64,000 nt of DNA from the human T2T-CHM13v2.0 reference genome, Homo sapiens. This document shows, piece after piece, positions 48,388 through 64,000 of this stretch. Numbering within the stretch: the stretch's first letter is position 1; each line of letters opens with the position of its first letter. The position numbers and the translations under genes are program-made. The notes beneath the pieces were generated by a model. That model made no database searches. It was not told where the DNA came from and worked only from the letters and a program-made list of their open reading frames with translations. The stretch lies in the NCBI RefSeq assembly GCF_009914755.1, contig NC_060934.1, one strand, 5' to 3'.

Positions 48388-48535
48388 TGAGCTGGGAGTC
48401 GTGGCGCACACCTGTGGTCCCAGCTACTTGAGAGGCTGAGGAAAGATGATCACTTTGGCCCGGGAATTTGAGGCCAGCCTGGGCAATATAGCGAGACCCC
48501 ATCTTTAAAAATTAAAAAAGTAAAAAAATAAAAAG
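48388..48535 (+). mobile_element. Alu monomer (FLAM-like)
   Basis: Single arm plus A tail. Confidence 0.75.
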
Positions 48536-48544
48536 TTTGTAATA

Positions 48545-49835
<1,291 letters not shown>

Positions 49836-50165
49836 TGTGTTTTAAGTTCATGATGAAGAAGTCTGGTAGTTAAATCTTGCAGAATGCAATCCAAGAGCTC
49901 TCATGCTTGCTTGTATTCCTTACCATTCTGGGAACAGAAATATTCGTGATAACAATGTGCAGGTGACAGCAACTTCAAGACATGCAGGAGAGTATGCTTC
50001 AGGATTTCAGTATTTGGAAAGGACAAGTAAGTAATCCTCTTAGAGAAAAAGATTTAGAAAACTACCTCATCTGACTTCAGACTTCAGCATAAACTAGTAA
50101 TCTTAACAAATCAGCTGGCTAGGATGGATGGAGAACAAAGATACATAGACATTTCCCATTATTTC

Positions 50166-50828
50166 TGTAAACCAGAAAGTGTCGGAGACAGGTCTCAATC
50201 AATTTAGAAAGATTATTTTGCTAAGGTTAAGGACGTGTGCCCTGGAAGCAGGTTTGTGCCTTTCTCCAAAGATGATTTTGAGGGCTTCAGTATTTAAAGG
50301 GGAAAGAGGAAGATATTTTTTAAAAGGTATGGGTAGGTAAAAGACAAATGGTTTTATTATTTTGAGTCTTTGATCAGCCTTTCACCAAATACACAATTTA
50401 CATGTGAAAGAAGGGTAGAGGAATAGTCACTTAAGCCTTTTTCTAGCTCGGTGAAACTGCATTTTTACACCAGAGAAAGCCATCAGATATGCATTTGTCA
50501 TTTGTCTCAGGTAAGCAGAGGACTTACTTACAGTTCTATCCTTTGTGAAGATAAGCTTTTGTGTTCTAGCCTTCACACCTGGGAAGATAAGCTATCAATT
50601 TACATTGTCAGGGTAACATTCAACAGAACCATTTTAGGATAAATGGGGGCCCATAAGGAATTTCCTAGTGGGCCAATTGTGAGGGAGGTGTGTAGCTTTT
50701 TAAAAATCTTTGAAGCTATCTTATTTAGGAATAAAATGGGAGGCAGTTTTGCCTGACACAGTTACCAGCTTGACTTTTCCCTTTGGCTAAGTGATTTTGG
50801 AGTTCCAAGATTTATTTTCATTTTAACA
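50166..50828 (-). mobile_element. MER4A-like ERV1 solo LTR
   Basis: GAGACAGGTCTCAATCAATTTAGAAAG...CAGCTTGACTTTTCCCTTTGGCTAAGTGATTTTGG. Confidence 0.8.
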
Positions 50829-52009
50829 GTTCATAAGATCACCAAAAATGTTTTATTTAACATCAGAACGAAGATAGTGAATAAGAGTACAGAGTTAGAA
50901 GAAAGAATTCCACACATCCCTAAATTTGGACAGTTCTCAAAAGGTTTTAACTACTCATGATTCTCTGCAAGACCACTTGGTTACAGCATTCCTATTAGGG
51001 AGCTTTGAGCAGAGGACGGTCTTTCCTTCAAGGCCTCACCACCCTAAATCCTATGCCTTAAGACCATCAAAGGGTTGGAATGTGCAATTTTACCTTGTCT
51101 GTTATTGAGAACTTGTCTATCTGGGTAATATTAATAATACTTAATATTTTATGGAATATATACATTTGCCATATATTGTTCTATTTATTTTCCTTGCGGT
51201 CACCATTTAGTTTGCGTAACGACCCAGTGAGGTGAACATAACATTATCTCATTTCACAAGTAAGGAACCAAGGTCCAGAAAGATTACTGTGTTACTAGGT
51301 ATCAGTTTGTAATCCAGAAGACAGTTTGACTACTGTGTCATGCTGTCTCTTAATGACAACAGCTAGCTCCAGGGCCTCCAGAAATCGTTCCACAGGTTGT
51401 TCATTGGGCAAGTTTGCCACCCAAGAGTGTGTGTGTGGACACACATCTAATCCCCACTCAGCTTGCCAAACTGCCAGCCTACAGGGCTGCATCTGCCTGG
51501 TCTTTACCTAATTAGCCCAAAAGTGCTGCAAGCCAGGTACTGAATTGACAACTTTGTGTGCATTATAACATTTCATCCAGGTGTCCCCATGTCTCCACCA
51601 TCTTGCTTTCAAGGTCCCAGTACTTCCTACACAATGCAAAGAAATCTGTATTGCTTATATTTTGAGAAATTTACATCATTTGAATTATTTGTAAACCTCA
51701 TTATGAATACCACCTCTTTGGTTTTATCTGTCAAAGAATGCCTACAGATGCTAATTTATTGGGCAACTTTAAAAATTGCCCAATTTTTAAATTTTTAAAA
51801 GTTTTAAATTTTTAATTTTCAAATTTAAATTTAAAATTAAAAATTTTTAATTTTCAAATTGAACTGATATAATTTCATAGTTTAGTTTGGTTAATTTCAC
51901 TAACCAGTATGGGCAATGACCAGGAAATTCCCAGGAAAGTAATGCCATCTAGCGGTAAAATCAGGGCAGATGTAATATACCTGCAATAAATGACAAAATT
52001 ACAGAACAA

Positions 52010-52350
52010 TTACTCAGACATAAAAAGAAAGGCAACACTGACACCTGCTCAATGTGGATGAACCTTAAAAACATTGTTATAAGCAAAAGAAGCCAGACAC
52101 AAAAAGTTACATAACATATGATTCCATTTACATGAAACATCCAGAATAGATAAATCCACCATGACAGAAAGCAGATTGGTGCTTGCCAGGGGCTGTGTGA
52201 AGGGGGAAATGTGGAGTCAATGCTAAAGGGCATGTTTTCTTTTGGGTGACAAAAAAGTTTTGAAAGTAGATGCTTTAAATGTTCTAGATGTTGTACGAGA
52301 TTGTGAATGTACTAGATGCCACTGAATTGTTTGCTTTAAGCACAATAATT
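52010..52350 (+). mobile_element. L1MB-like 3' end
   Basis: GGATGAACCTTAAAAACATT...AAGAAGCCAGACACAAAA. Confidence 0.8.
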
Positions 52351-52939
52351 CTATAGGCACATTACTTTGTAATATTCATATTTACACAAAACATATAATA
52401 AACCATATTTGTCCTGCCGTATATTAACTAAGGCAATGTTCTAGGCACTACAAAAAAAAAGACAAAGCTGTAAAAATCAGTTTCTGTTTGTAAAATATGT
52501 AACTGAATGGCGAAAAGTTGTACATTTAAATAATAGTACTAGAAGGTAGAAGGTGGTAAGTGGCACAGAGGAGATAAAAGATAATTATTCTGGTCAACTG
52601 GAGATGGATGACAACACTTCACAGACGGGGTTCAGGAAGGGTGGTCACACAGGAAAGATTCCAGGAGAAGTGGTTTCTGATCTGGAGCTTAATGGTAAAC
52701 AACACACCATGTGGAGAATCTCAGCTTAAATTTAAATGCCGAGGCATCAAGCCCAACAAACACAACAGTGTGCATCTTTCTGATGCCTGTTCTAGCAGTG
52801 AGATCCAGGCACCAGGCTGCCTGAGAGGCAGCACCCACCTCGAGGGCACTAGGCAAATCCCTGCAAGTGAATTCCCACCACGTTGCTTTGAGAGCTAGGG
52901 GTAATCTGTGGAGTCTTTCCATGCAGAAGAATTCAAAAT

Positions 52940-53600
52940 GAATTGTGCAAGTCGGCGCCTAACTCCCTACTCCTTAAGTGTAAGCTGTGCGTAGTGACTT
53001 CCCTCCAAAGAACACAGTATGGAAAGAGGAGAAAAAATAGAAACTTTACTTTGGAGAAACTTGATAAATACTAACTCTGCCAGGTTGACAAGGTCAACAT
53101 CATTAGTGATAAGTCAGCTTGATAGTTTGTACCCTTGACAAGTGACAAGAATGTCACTTCTGTGGTCTTCCTCCACAAAATTCATAAGTCTAACTTAATC
53201 ATGAGAAAACATTAGACAAATCCCAACTGAGGGACATTCTACTAAATGCTTGCTCAGTACTTCTCAAAACTGTCAAAGTCATCAAAAACAAGAAAAGTCT
53301 GAGAAACTCTCACAGCCAAGAGGTGTCTAAGAAGACACGATAATTAAATGTACTGTGGTTTCCTGGATGAGATTTTGGAACAGAAAGAGGACATTAGGTA
53401 AAACCTACTGAAATTTGAATAAAGAATTCACTTTAGTTAATAATAATGTATTAAATTTTTCCATTAATTGCAACAAATATACCATGCTAATGTAAGATGG
53501 TCGAAGGAACTGGTGCAGCTTTTAAGGAACTCTACTATCTTCACATTTCTTTTCTAAATCTAAAACCGTTTTAAATAAACAATATTTCAAAAAATATATA
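52940..53600 (+). mobile_element. L1MC/L1MD-like 3' UTR
   Basis: CAAATCCCAACTGAGGGACATTCTAC...CAAAACTGTCAAAGTCATCAAAAACAAG. Confidence 0.75.
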
Positions 53601-54219
53601 AACACAAAATAAAAGCATAGATTTGTGTTAAATTCCATGCATTTAAAGAAATATAATTAACATAAAGAACACATATACCTAAGCCCATCTTAATTTCTTG
53701 GCATATAAAACCACTTTGTATTCACCTCCTAACCCTTTGTCCTCTCATAACCTTATCTTGAACTTCATATGCATTAATCCTATGTATATTATATATCCTA
53801 TGTGTATTATATGTTTCCAATATGTAAGTATGTATCCATAACCATTTTATAAAGTATTACATATTTCCATGAATACCTATAACCGCAAGTGAATAGAAAA
53901 AATTTGGAAACATATTTGTTACACTGACAGCAGTGCTTACTTCAGGGAAGATGGAGAGTAGAATGAGTAAAGTGGAACTCTCCTTTGACATCTTATTACT
54001 GATATGTTTCAAGGACATTGCGTTATTTTACAACGTTTACATCGGCAAAACATAAATATAAAGAAACGTGGTTGGGTCACATCATCCTTCTGCTCCAAAA
54101 ACCTTTTATAAGTTTTCTTCATCTTGCACAGTGCCCTGCAGCCAGAAACTCTCAATTAATGTTTACGCATGCCAAAATTTTATGAGCACTTACCTTAAGC
54201 ATTCTTTCCTGCCCATTAA

Positions 54220-54410
54220 TCCAGTGGTTCTTAACCCTGATTGCATATTACAATCACTTGAGGAGATTTTAAAAAACAAAAAAACAAAAAACAACAAAAA
54301 AAACATACTGACGACCTGGCTTCTCTCTCGACAAATTAATTGGAATCTCTGCAGGTAGGGTCAAGGGATCTGCATTTTCACAAGCCCCTCAAGTGGCTTC
54401 TATGCTCTTT
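54220..54410. mobile_element. MER5A-like
   Basis: CAGTGGTTCTTAACCCTG...GAATCTCTG...TCTGCATTTTCACAAG. Confidence 0.7.
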
Positions 54411-57002
54411 AAAGGCCATATCACAGACCAAAAATTTAAGCAGGCTTAACTTACCACTTGACGGAAGCCATCTGGATGGTTCTTGGTCTCATTAGCAAAA
54501 TAAGTATCCTGTGTTGTGAGAAAACTACTGATTGCCAAATGGAAATAACTGCTTGAAAAATTCAACAACGTTTATTTTTGTAGTAAATACAATCTTGTAG
54601 ATAGAAAGCATGTGTCCAGGTAAAATATTTGTCAAGCCCTTTGAATTGTAGCAAGTGCTTAATAGGCTCTCAAGAAATATCTATTGGATGAATGGTTGAA
54701 AAAATAAGTGAGCAAAAAATTTACCAGGGAACCCAAGTAAGCTAACGAAAGTCTAACTGATGGAAACATCATTTGTTCAAGATTTACTGAGTACCTACTA
54801 TGTGCCAGGCCCTGTACTAAATCCTAGAGTCATTGAGTTTCCACTAAGACACACATTTTTTGGTTTTTAGTAGCTGAAATTGAGGAGAGAAATACTGGCA
54901 ACATGCATATTGCCTGTAAACATTTCCCTATTCTTCTAATCTTTTTTTATGAGGAAAATGAATTGTCTTAGTATGGGAATATGCGCCAATACTGTCTCTA
55001 AAGAGTGAGAAAATAACATAAACATCCCAATGAGAGGATAGAATAGCTGAAAGAGGGTGGGAAGCTGGAAGAGAATGTCACGAAGCAGAATCCTAACATC
55101 TGACCTCCAGCCTGGGGTTAGATATTTGGCAGCTTACGCTCCCTCTCCTAAAGAGCTGTACATGTCTTTGGAGCATTAATTCTGAATTAGCATTCCAAGC
55201 TTTCTGTGTGCTTCACTAAGGACCAGGCAAAAGAGGATAAATTATATTTAAGTCCCCTCAAACTTCAAATCAGCAACATTTTAAGAAAATTCAAATAGAC
55301 TACTTTTTTCATTAATATACAGTGACCGTGTGCTCCTGCCATCTATTTTAAATTACAAGTGCTACAATGGCTACATATTCTTAAAAAAATATTTGAACCA
55401 GCTGCCAAGATGAGGTTTTATTAATAGCACATTTTTTAATGCATATAGTTTTAAATTCAATATGTAACAGAAGTATGAAGATTTTCCAAAAGGCTAGAAA
55501 GCCTTTTTAAAGTAGAATGAAATGTAAAGGTCAGTTATAGGACTGTTTTGTTTCTTTACTAAAAACAGAAAACTTTCCCCTTCTTAATTATGCCAATTGA
55601 CTTTTTTTAGTCAATGTGTGTTATGAATCACGATCATAACCTTGACTTGATTTAAACAGAAAAATGTGGTGTGGTCATATGATTAGAATGTTGTTTGTAA
55701 TCCCACCCTTTTGTTAATTAAAATATCAACTTCCACTTTTGAGAGAAAAAATCTCGTCTTCTACCCTATCCCGTATCATTATCTTCAGGAAAGCAACAGT
55801 TATTGAAAATAAAGTAATGGGGCATGGAGGAAACAAAAAAAAGATAAATAATCACCAAGCAGTGTTGACTTTCTGAAAGCAGAATATGCACCCCAAATTC
55901 TTAACAAATACCTCATTCTGTGGATCATATGAGTAACTAGCCATTAGAAGAGCCAGCTGTGACTTAAAAGAACTGAATCCTGGCTCAAGTGATGTGATTG
56001 GCTCAAATGTCAAAATCATTGAAGGATTTTTGGGTGCCCCATGTTGACTCTTTATTTAAGTATAACAAAGAAGTGTTAAGAGGTCATAATTGCAGGAAAT
56101 ACTATAATTAATAAAAGCTTACTTTCAATAGAGTTCTAATTATAATATGTGGCTATTATGTGGATATCCACATATCATTTGGATGGATATGGTAGAAATA
56201 GCAACCTATGAACACACGTTGCAGCTGAGTCCACAAAACAGCGATGTAGACATAGACATATGTATGTATCTTTCTGGTGAAATGATTTATAAAGCTTAAG
56301 TTTTCAAAACCTTATACTTTCAGAATATAGTGTATACAGAGCAAAACCAAAAAGTGGACTTAAAAAATTTATATTTCCACTTCATTATCACCTCATTTAG
56401 TAGGGAAAAAACACGTCTCTAGTTCTGGATAAATAAAATGACCATAGGGAGAAAAATTTTAGCAATTACATGGTATAAGTGGAAGAAGATATATTTAATA
56501 ATCTTTCATATAATATGGTACAGGTCCTCCAAAGTAATATGGTTTCAGGATATAGATATATCCTGATATTCATCTAGATATTTGCGCATTTATAGAGCTT
56601 TATAAAGAAGCCTAAATATCTAGATGAATAAGTGATTTTTTAGTCATCTGGGAATTTCGACATTTCAGAACCTGAAGAATTTAAAATAACCCCTCTCCTA
56701 TTTTCAATTCAATTCATGGCGAGCACTACTAATTTTAAAAAAGAAATAATGATTTTTCTATTACTTTTATTTTGAAATTTTGGAGAAATGTAAAAATATT
56801 TCTTAAGATAATGAGAGGGACTTGGATTCTCCCAACGCAGAGATAGATCTGGGGAATCAACACAAAGCTAGGCTCATGAGAGCTGTTGAATACGTACCTG
56901 TTGAATTTAGTAGGCCTTTCATTGGATGGAGATTAACAAACAAGGGTTCAGCTTAATTTCTGTCATGGAGTCCTTTATAAACATGTTTTCTACCTATTAG
57001 AA

Positions 57003-57350
57003 CAGAGGTCCCCAACCCCTGGGCTGTGGACCAGTAACAGTCTGTGGCCTGTTAGGAACTGGGCCCCACAGCAGAAGGTGAGCAGCAGGCAAGTGGGTAT
57101 TACCACCTGAGCTCTGCCTCCTGTCAGATCAGCAGTGGCATTACATTCTTATAGGAGCACAAACCCTACTGTGAACTGCACATATGAGGGATCTAGGTTG
57201 CACGCTCCTTATGGAGACTCTCTAATGCATGATGAACTGAGGTGGAACAGTTTCATCCTGAAGCAATCTTCCCCCACCATCCACCCCATCCATGGAATAA
57301 TTGTCTTCCACGAAACTGGTCCCTGGTGCCAAAAAGGTTGGGGAACACTT
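57003..57350. mobile_element. MER1B DNA transposon
   Basis: CAGAGGTCCCCAACCCCTGGGC ... TGGTGCCAAAAAGGTTGGGGAACAC inverted ends. Confidence 0.9.
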
Positions 57351-57579
57351 TGAAACTGTGTTTTTTGGTCATAGATTTTTGTTGCTGTTCTTGTTGGAGA
57401 TAATTTGGAGATTCCTAGATGAAAAAGAGTTACATGATTGCAAGATAACAACTGCTTGTTTCTCATAGCCCAAAATAATTATACAACAGTGCCTCTGCCA
57501 TTCAGCATTCAATATAATCGTCTATTTGGAAGAAATGGTAACATTTTCTTTTCAAATTGTCCTTAAAATTTCCACTGTG

Positions 57580-58032
57580 GGTCAGGTGCAGTGGCTCATG
57601 CCTGTAATCCCATCATTTTGGGAGGCCAGGCCAGAAGGATTCCTTGAGGCCAGGAGTTGGAGACTGGGCAATATAGTGATATCCTCACCTCTATGAAAAA
57701 TAAAAATAAAAAATTCAGCCAGGTATGATGGTGTGTGTCTGAGTCCCTGCGACTTAGGAGGCTGAAGCAGGAGGATTGCTTGAGCCCAGGAGTTTGAGGC
57801 TGCAGTAAGATGTGATTACACTACTGGACTCCATCTAGCCTGGGCAACAGGGTGAGATTTATCTCTTAAAAAAAAAAGTCTACTGTCGTTGCTGGGCACT
57901 TCAAAAATTCAGCCCGTAGTGTGTGCTTGTAGTCCCAGCTACTTGGGAGGCTGAAGTAGGAGGATTGCTTGAGCCCCAGGAGTTCAAAGCCAGTCTGGGC
58001 AACATAGCAAGATCTTATCTCTAGAAAAAAAA
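57580..58032 (+). mobile_element. AluJ plus adjacent monomer
   Basis: 57580-57877 and about 57910-58032. Confidence 0.85.
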
Positions 58033-59133
58033 TTTAATGCAAAATGTTTATTTCAGCAACCGGAGATAATAGCAGCAGTAAATTTAGGCTGATGTTATGA
58101 AGATGTCCTGTGTCACTTCTATACTTGGAAGGAGAAAAGTGGCTCACCTGAAATGAACTCCAGACAATCTCAGAGAAACTGCCCCGTTACGAGATTCTTT
58201 CTCTCCTGCAAACTAAACTCAGCATATTGCCTTCCTCATGCCAAAGAAAGTACAGAATATTAGAAAAATGTGGGAGCAGAACAGAAACTGAAAACTAGAC
58301 TACAAAAGCGTGCTGGCAAAATCAGTTTCAACATAATGTGAGGGACACATTTGCCTCTATTGTCTTAAGGGGCTTTAGTTATCATGCTGCACACATAGTT
58401 GAATGACACCTATGAGGTGCAATCATTTTGAACCTAGAGACAGCAGTTGGAGTGGTTTAGTCAGTAGTTGATCAGCGCATAGTGCTGGTTTCTGCCAATT
58501 GGGCATGGCCTGCCAAAGAATCAGGAGGGGTTATTTTAAGTGTGTATATACTTTTTAACGCTGGTAGTGATATATCCTTTAAGATAGGCATGGGTCTTCA
58601 CAATAGACTCAAGTATTTCTACCTAGACAAATTGTAACTGTTTAAGGATTATGTAGGGAGGTTTATTTAAAAATGCTTTTGGGGCCCCACTATAAGAGAT
58701 GGATTCAGTGAGTCAGGGGAAATGCTCCCAAAGAGGCATTTTAAACAAACTCTCCAGGTTATTCTAAGGCAGGTGGGCCTAAGCTACACTTTAAGACATT
58801 CTGTATTAGAAGCATCTCCCTGAATAAACGCCACTTGAATCTGAGACGCTAGGGTTAAGCAATCATGTTGGGCTAAATTATTAAGAACATAGGATTCTAT
58901 TTAAAAAGGAAAGCTATCTTTACTTACACCATTTCCAGGGATTAAAAAAATTGAGCAGGAATAAAAACAACCCAACTTTTCTTAAAACAACCTTTAAGGA
59001 TGGCAATGAATTTAGGAGACAAGTTTCTCATAATATAAGTTATAATGAGGCCAAATTGATAGGTTATTTAAAATATTAATTAGTTCTTGAAAGCAGGTTT
59101 ACGTTCTGAAACCAAAAATTGTATTACCCTTAC

Positions 59134-60468
<1,335 letters not shown>

Positions 60469-60770
60469 TAACTGAATAGCAGTAGGAGGAAGGCACTTGA
60501 GCTAGAACTTCAGACCAGCCAATGTGCAATTTTAAGCCTGAGTATGCAGAAATTTCAATAATATGACTGATAAAGGTGATAGATACACATTCAGACATTG
60601 CCTCTATACACAATCCCTTTTAGAAAATGGAAGCAAATCTCTGGATCATTTAGTCCCAAAAAAGCCTTGATTTTTCCCAGAAAGCCACTTCAGGATTCTT
60701 GACGATTTGTTCATGGCATGCTCTTGGCATGTTCCTTTGCCTCTTCAAGCTTCAGTCTTTTCTCCAGTAA

Positions 60771-61260
<490 letters not shown>

Positions 61261-61861
61261 ACCCCATATGGTAGCTTTGTAAAGGGCAGGGTCAAGGCCC
61301 AGTTCTCACACTCACAGAAGCTCTGGGTTGGGAAGGATATTAAAGGTCACTTCTGGTCCAAGCTCTACCTCTCCATCCAGTGCCAGGTCAGAACTTGTGA
61401 AAGTTCAATGCAGGTTAATAATTTGGCACCTTTTTTACTGATATTCTCCAAATAGTTGTTCAACATTTATTTAGAAGTTTAAAAATTAGAATAATAGCAA
61501 AAAGTGTAATTTTCACTTCTCAAACTTGGTAGGTTTATTTTGGGAGTGGCCTTGAACCTATTTTGCAACTACTCCTTAGTAATTAAAATGAACTTCTCCT
61601 GAGTTGAAATGCAAGATGCAGTTAATGCTTCCAAAGTCTCTTCTGCAGGACTGGATCAATGAATAAAAACTGACACTAAAACATAAGTAGCAATTATTCA
61701 ATAATTAATACTAATGAATTACTAAATCTCTACATCTTAAAAGTTTGAATACCAGTGTATTTAGAATTTGTTTGGCTTCCAAAAACTATGCATGCCATGG
61801 TGTTTTATTTTAAAACTTCAAATCCTAACACTATATACCTTTTTTAAAGTGTTAATTTCTC

Positions 61862-62163
61862 ATTTCTTTTTCTTTTTTTTCTTTTTTCTGAGACGGAGTC
61901 TTGCTCTGTCACCCAGGCTGGAGTGCAGTGGTGCGATCTCAGCTCACTGCTCCTGGGTTCACGCCATTCTCCTGTCTCAGCCTCCTGAGTAGCTGGGACT
62001 ACAGGCACCCGCCACCACACCTGGCTAATTTTTTTTTGTATTTTTAGTTAGAGATGGGGTTTCACCGTGTTAGCCAGGATGGTCTCAATCTCCCGACCTC
62101 GTGATCCTCCCGCCTCGGCCTCCCAAAGTGCTGGGATTACAGGCGTGAGCCACCGCGCCAGGC
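61862..62163 (-). mobile_element. AluY-like with a small internal deletion
   Basis: TSD GTTAATTTCT. Confidence 0.9.
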
Positions 62164-63714
62164 AGTTAATTTCTAAGTGTGGCTATATCTTCATAAAATC
62201 TCTCTCTATGGCCATTAAAATGGATTATGCCATAGATGAAATGGTCCTTAACATTCCATGGACAAAGACCCCTACAGCTTGATTTTGCTGAGATAATCTT
62301 CATAGTTAATTAAGGACCACAGAAGACTACCATGAGCAGCTGAGGTCAGACAGGGACTGTAGAAACACAGGCTAAAGGACACGAAGAATTGTGTAATTGA
62401 CTAAATGTTCAGGGCACAGCCAACAAAACTCAATTGTTCTGGACAACCACACCATTTTCTCTAGAGTTGCTGAAAGTTGTGTGGGTGGGATCTACAGATA
62501 ATTGCCCCACTTCTCCATTTCATTTTGCCTGTCTAAACATTGTATAAATAACTACTTGATAAATTCAATGTTGATGTTGGCACATGAACAGACAGACAGA
62601 AAAGTGACTGCTCATTTTAAAATGTATAAAGCCAATATAAATAGTAAACAAATCTCAAAGGAGAATGCCTAAAAATGTTTAAAATTCACAATAATGTTTA
62701 ATTTACCAAATTTCAACCCACTTATGGAGCTTAATTCAAAAATACTTTTGGCTTATATTTAAAATAAAGTGACATTTGACAAACTGTTCAAATATTAAGC
62801 TTAAAAATGTACTCTTCCTAAATAATAATTTTAATACAAACTCTAGATCCACAACTTGCAGGATTAACTATCTCTTCCCCAATATGCCAAAAACACGTAC
62901 ACATCCAAATATGCATAGAGAATATGAATGCTAGAAAAGTTTAAGAATATATCATGAAAATATATTTCATATGTCAGGATAAATAAGCTTGAGTAGTTAA
63001 TGAAAAATAATTATTTTAAAGTTTAAGTTGTCTTTAAAATTAAATTTTACATATATTTTCAAGATATATGAGAAGACATACACCACCTACCTCACTATGG
63101 AATGTGGTAAAACAAACATAATTTATATCTGTGTCATGGCAGCCAAATGGCATAAATTCTTTAGATGTTGAACTTTGCTAAAATAGCAACAGCAAATTTC
63201 ATGAACAAAGTGAAGTGGAAGAGAAAAGAGAAGAACAATCCAATACAAAAACTGTCTAATTCTTTCTGGTTGCCTTATAGCCTAAAAGAAAATTTTAAAC
63301 TCTCCTTAAGCCATAACTGCAAAAAATTTAAAAAGAAAATCCATCTGTTAAAACAAATTACGCAAATGGTATTGAGGCTACTTGAATTTATGTCACAGTG
63401 CCCTTAGTATTAACCACACCAACTGTGGGCCACACACGTTTGACTAAATGTGCTTAGTGGTTGATTCCAGAAATGTCATAATTCAAGAAATGTACAAGGA
63501 AAAAAACTAGTGGAAAAGCAAAAGTAACAAGTGGAATATTTTACAAAATTGAAAATAATACCACACAGGTCAAAAAAAAAACATCCAATTAACATATATA
63601 ATTTCAGTTTTGTGCTATATTCCAATGGTTCTTTTCAGTCTTCTAATTTACATTGCTTTTTATATATTTCATTAATATATAGGCATATGTTGGAGAAATT
63701 GCAACTTTGTTTTC

Positions 63715-64000
63715 AGACCCAGGCAATCAAGTCACATGAATTTGTTTCCCAGCAGATGTACATGTTATGTTTAGAATATACTATAGTCTGTTAAGTTTGC
63801 AATAGCATTGTGTTAAAAAATATAGATACCTTAATTTCAAAAATACTTTACTGCCAAAAAATGCTAATAATCATCTGAGCCTTTAGCCAGTACTAATTAT
63901 TTGCTGGTAGAGGGTCTCATCTCAATGTATTTGGCTGCTGACATCAAGGTGGTGGTTGCTGAAGGTTGTGGCAATTTCTTAAAATAGGACAAAAATGAAG
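63715..64000. mobile_element. Tigger2-like (TcMar) fragment
   Basis: TGCAATAGCATT...AAAAAATGCTAATAATCATCTGAGCCTT...GGTGGTGGTTGCTGAAGGTTG. Confidence 0.75.

Overview
Repeat-rich primate genomic DNA, most likely human, with no intact protein-coding exon. The main feature is a CpG-island promoter at about 23.0-24.0 kb driving a minus-strand gene. It has a non-coding first exon (donor at 23519) and a 140-nt second exon (22472-22333) made from an antisense Alu left arm. From memory of the exon-1 and CpG-island sequence I recognise this as the 5' end of SLC16A12 (MCT12, a creatine transporter, human 10q23.31); this needs BLAT confirmation. Positions 1-22.3 kb would be intron and 24-64 kb upstream/intergenic sequence. 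The rest is about 38 Alus, L1/L2/MIR remnants, solo LTRs (MER21, MLT1, THE1, MER31/67-like, LTR9-like, MER4A-like), DNA transposons and microsatellites. Repeat subfamily names are by eye and many repeat boundaries are approximate. Best observations: the Alu exon with an expanded T30 polypyrimidine tract that rewires the uORFs; a perfect D-box and a kB site in the promoter; an LTR with two SOX-OCT-like motifs; a CTCF/NF-kB/STAT6 motif cluster; three perfect inverted repeats near 56 kb; and three local duplications. I see no evidence for a wholly new multi-gene system.
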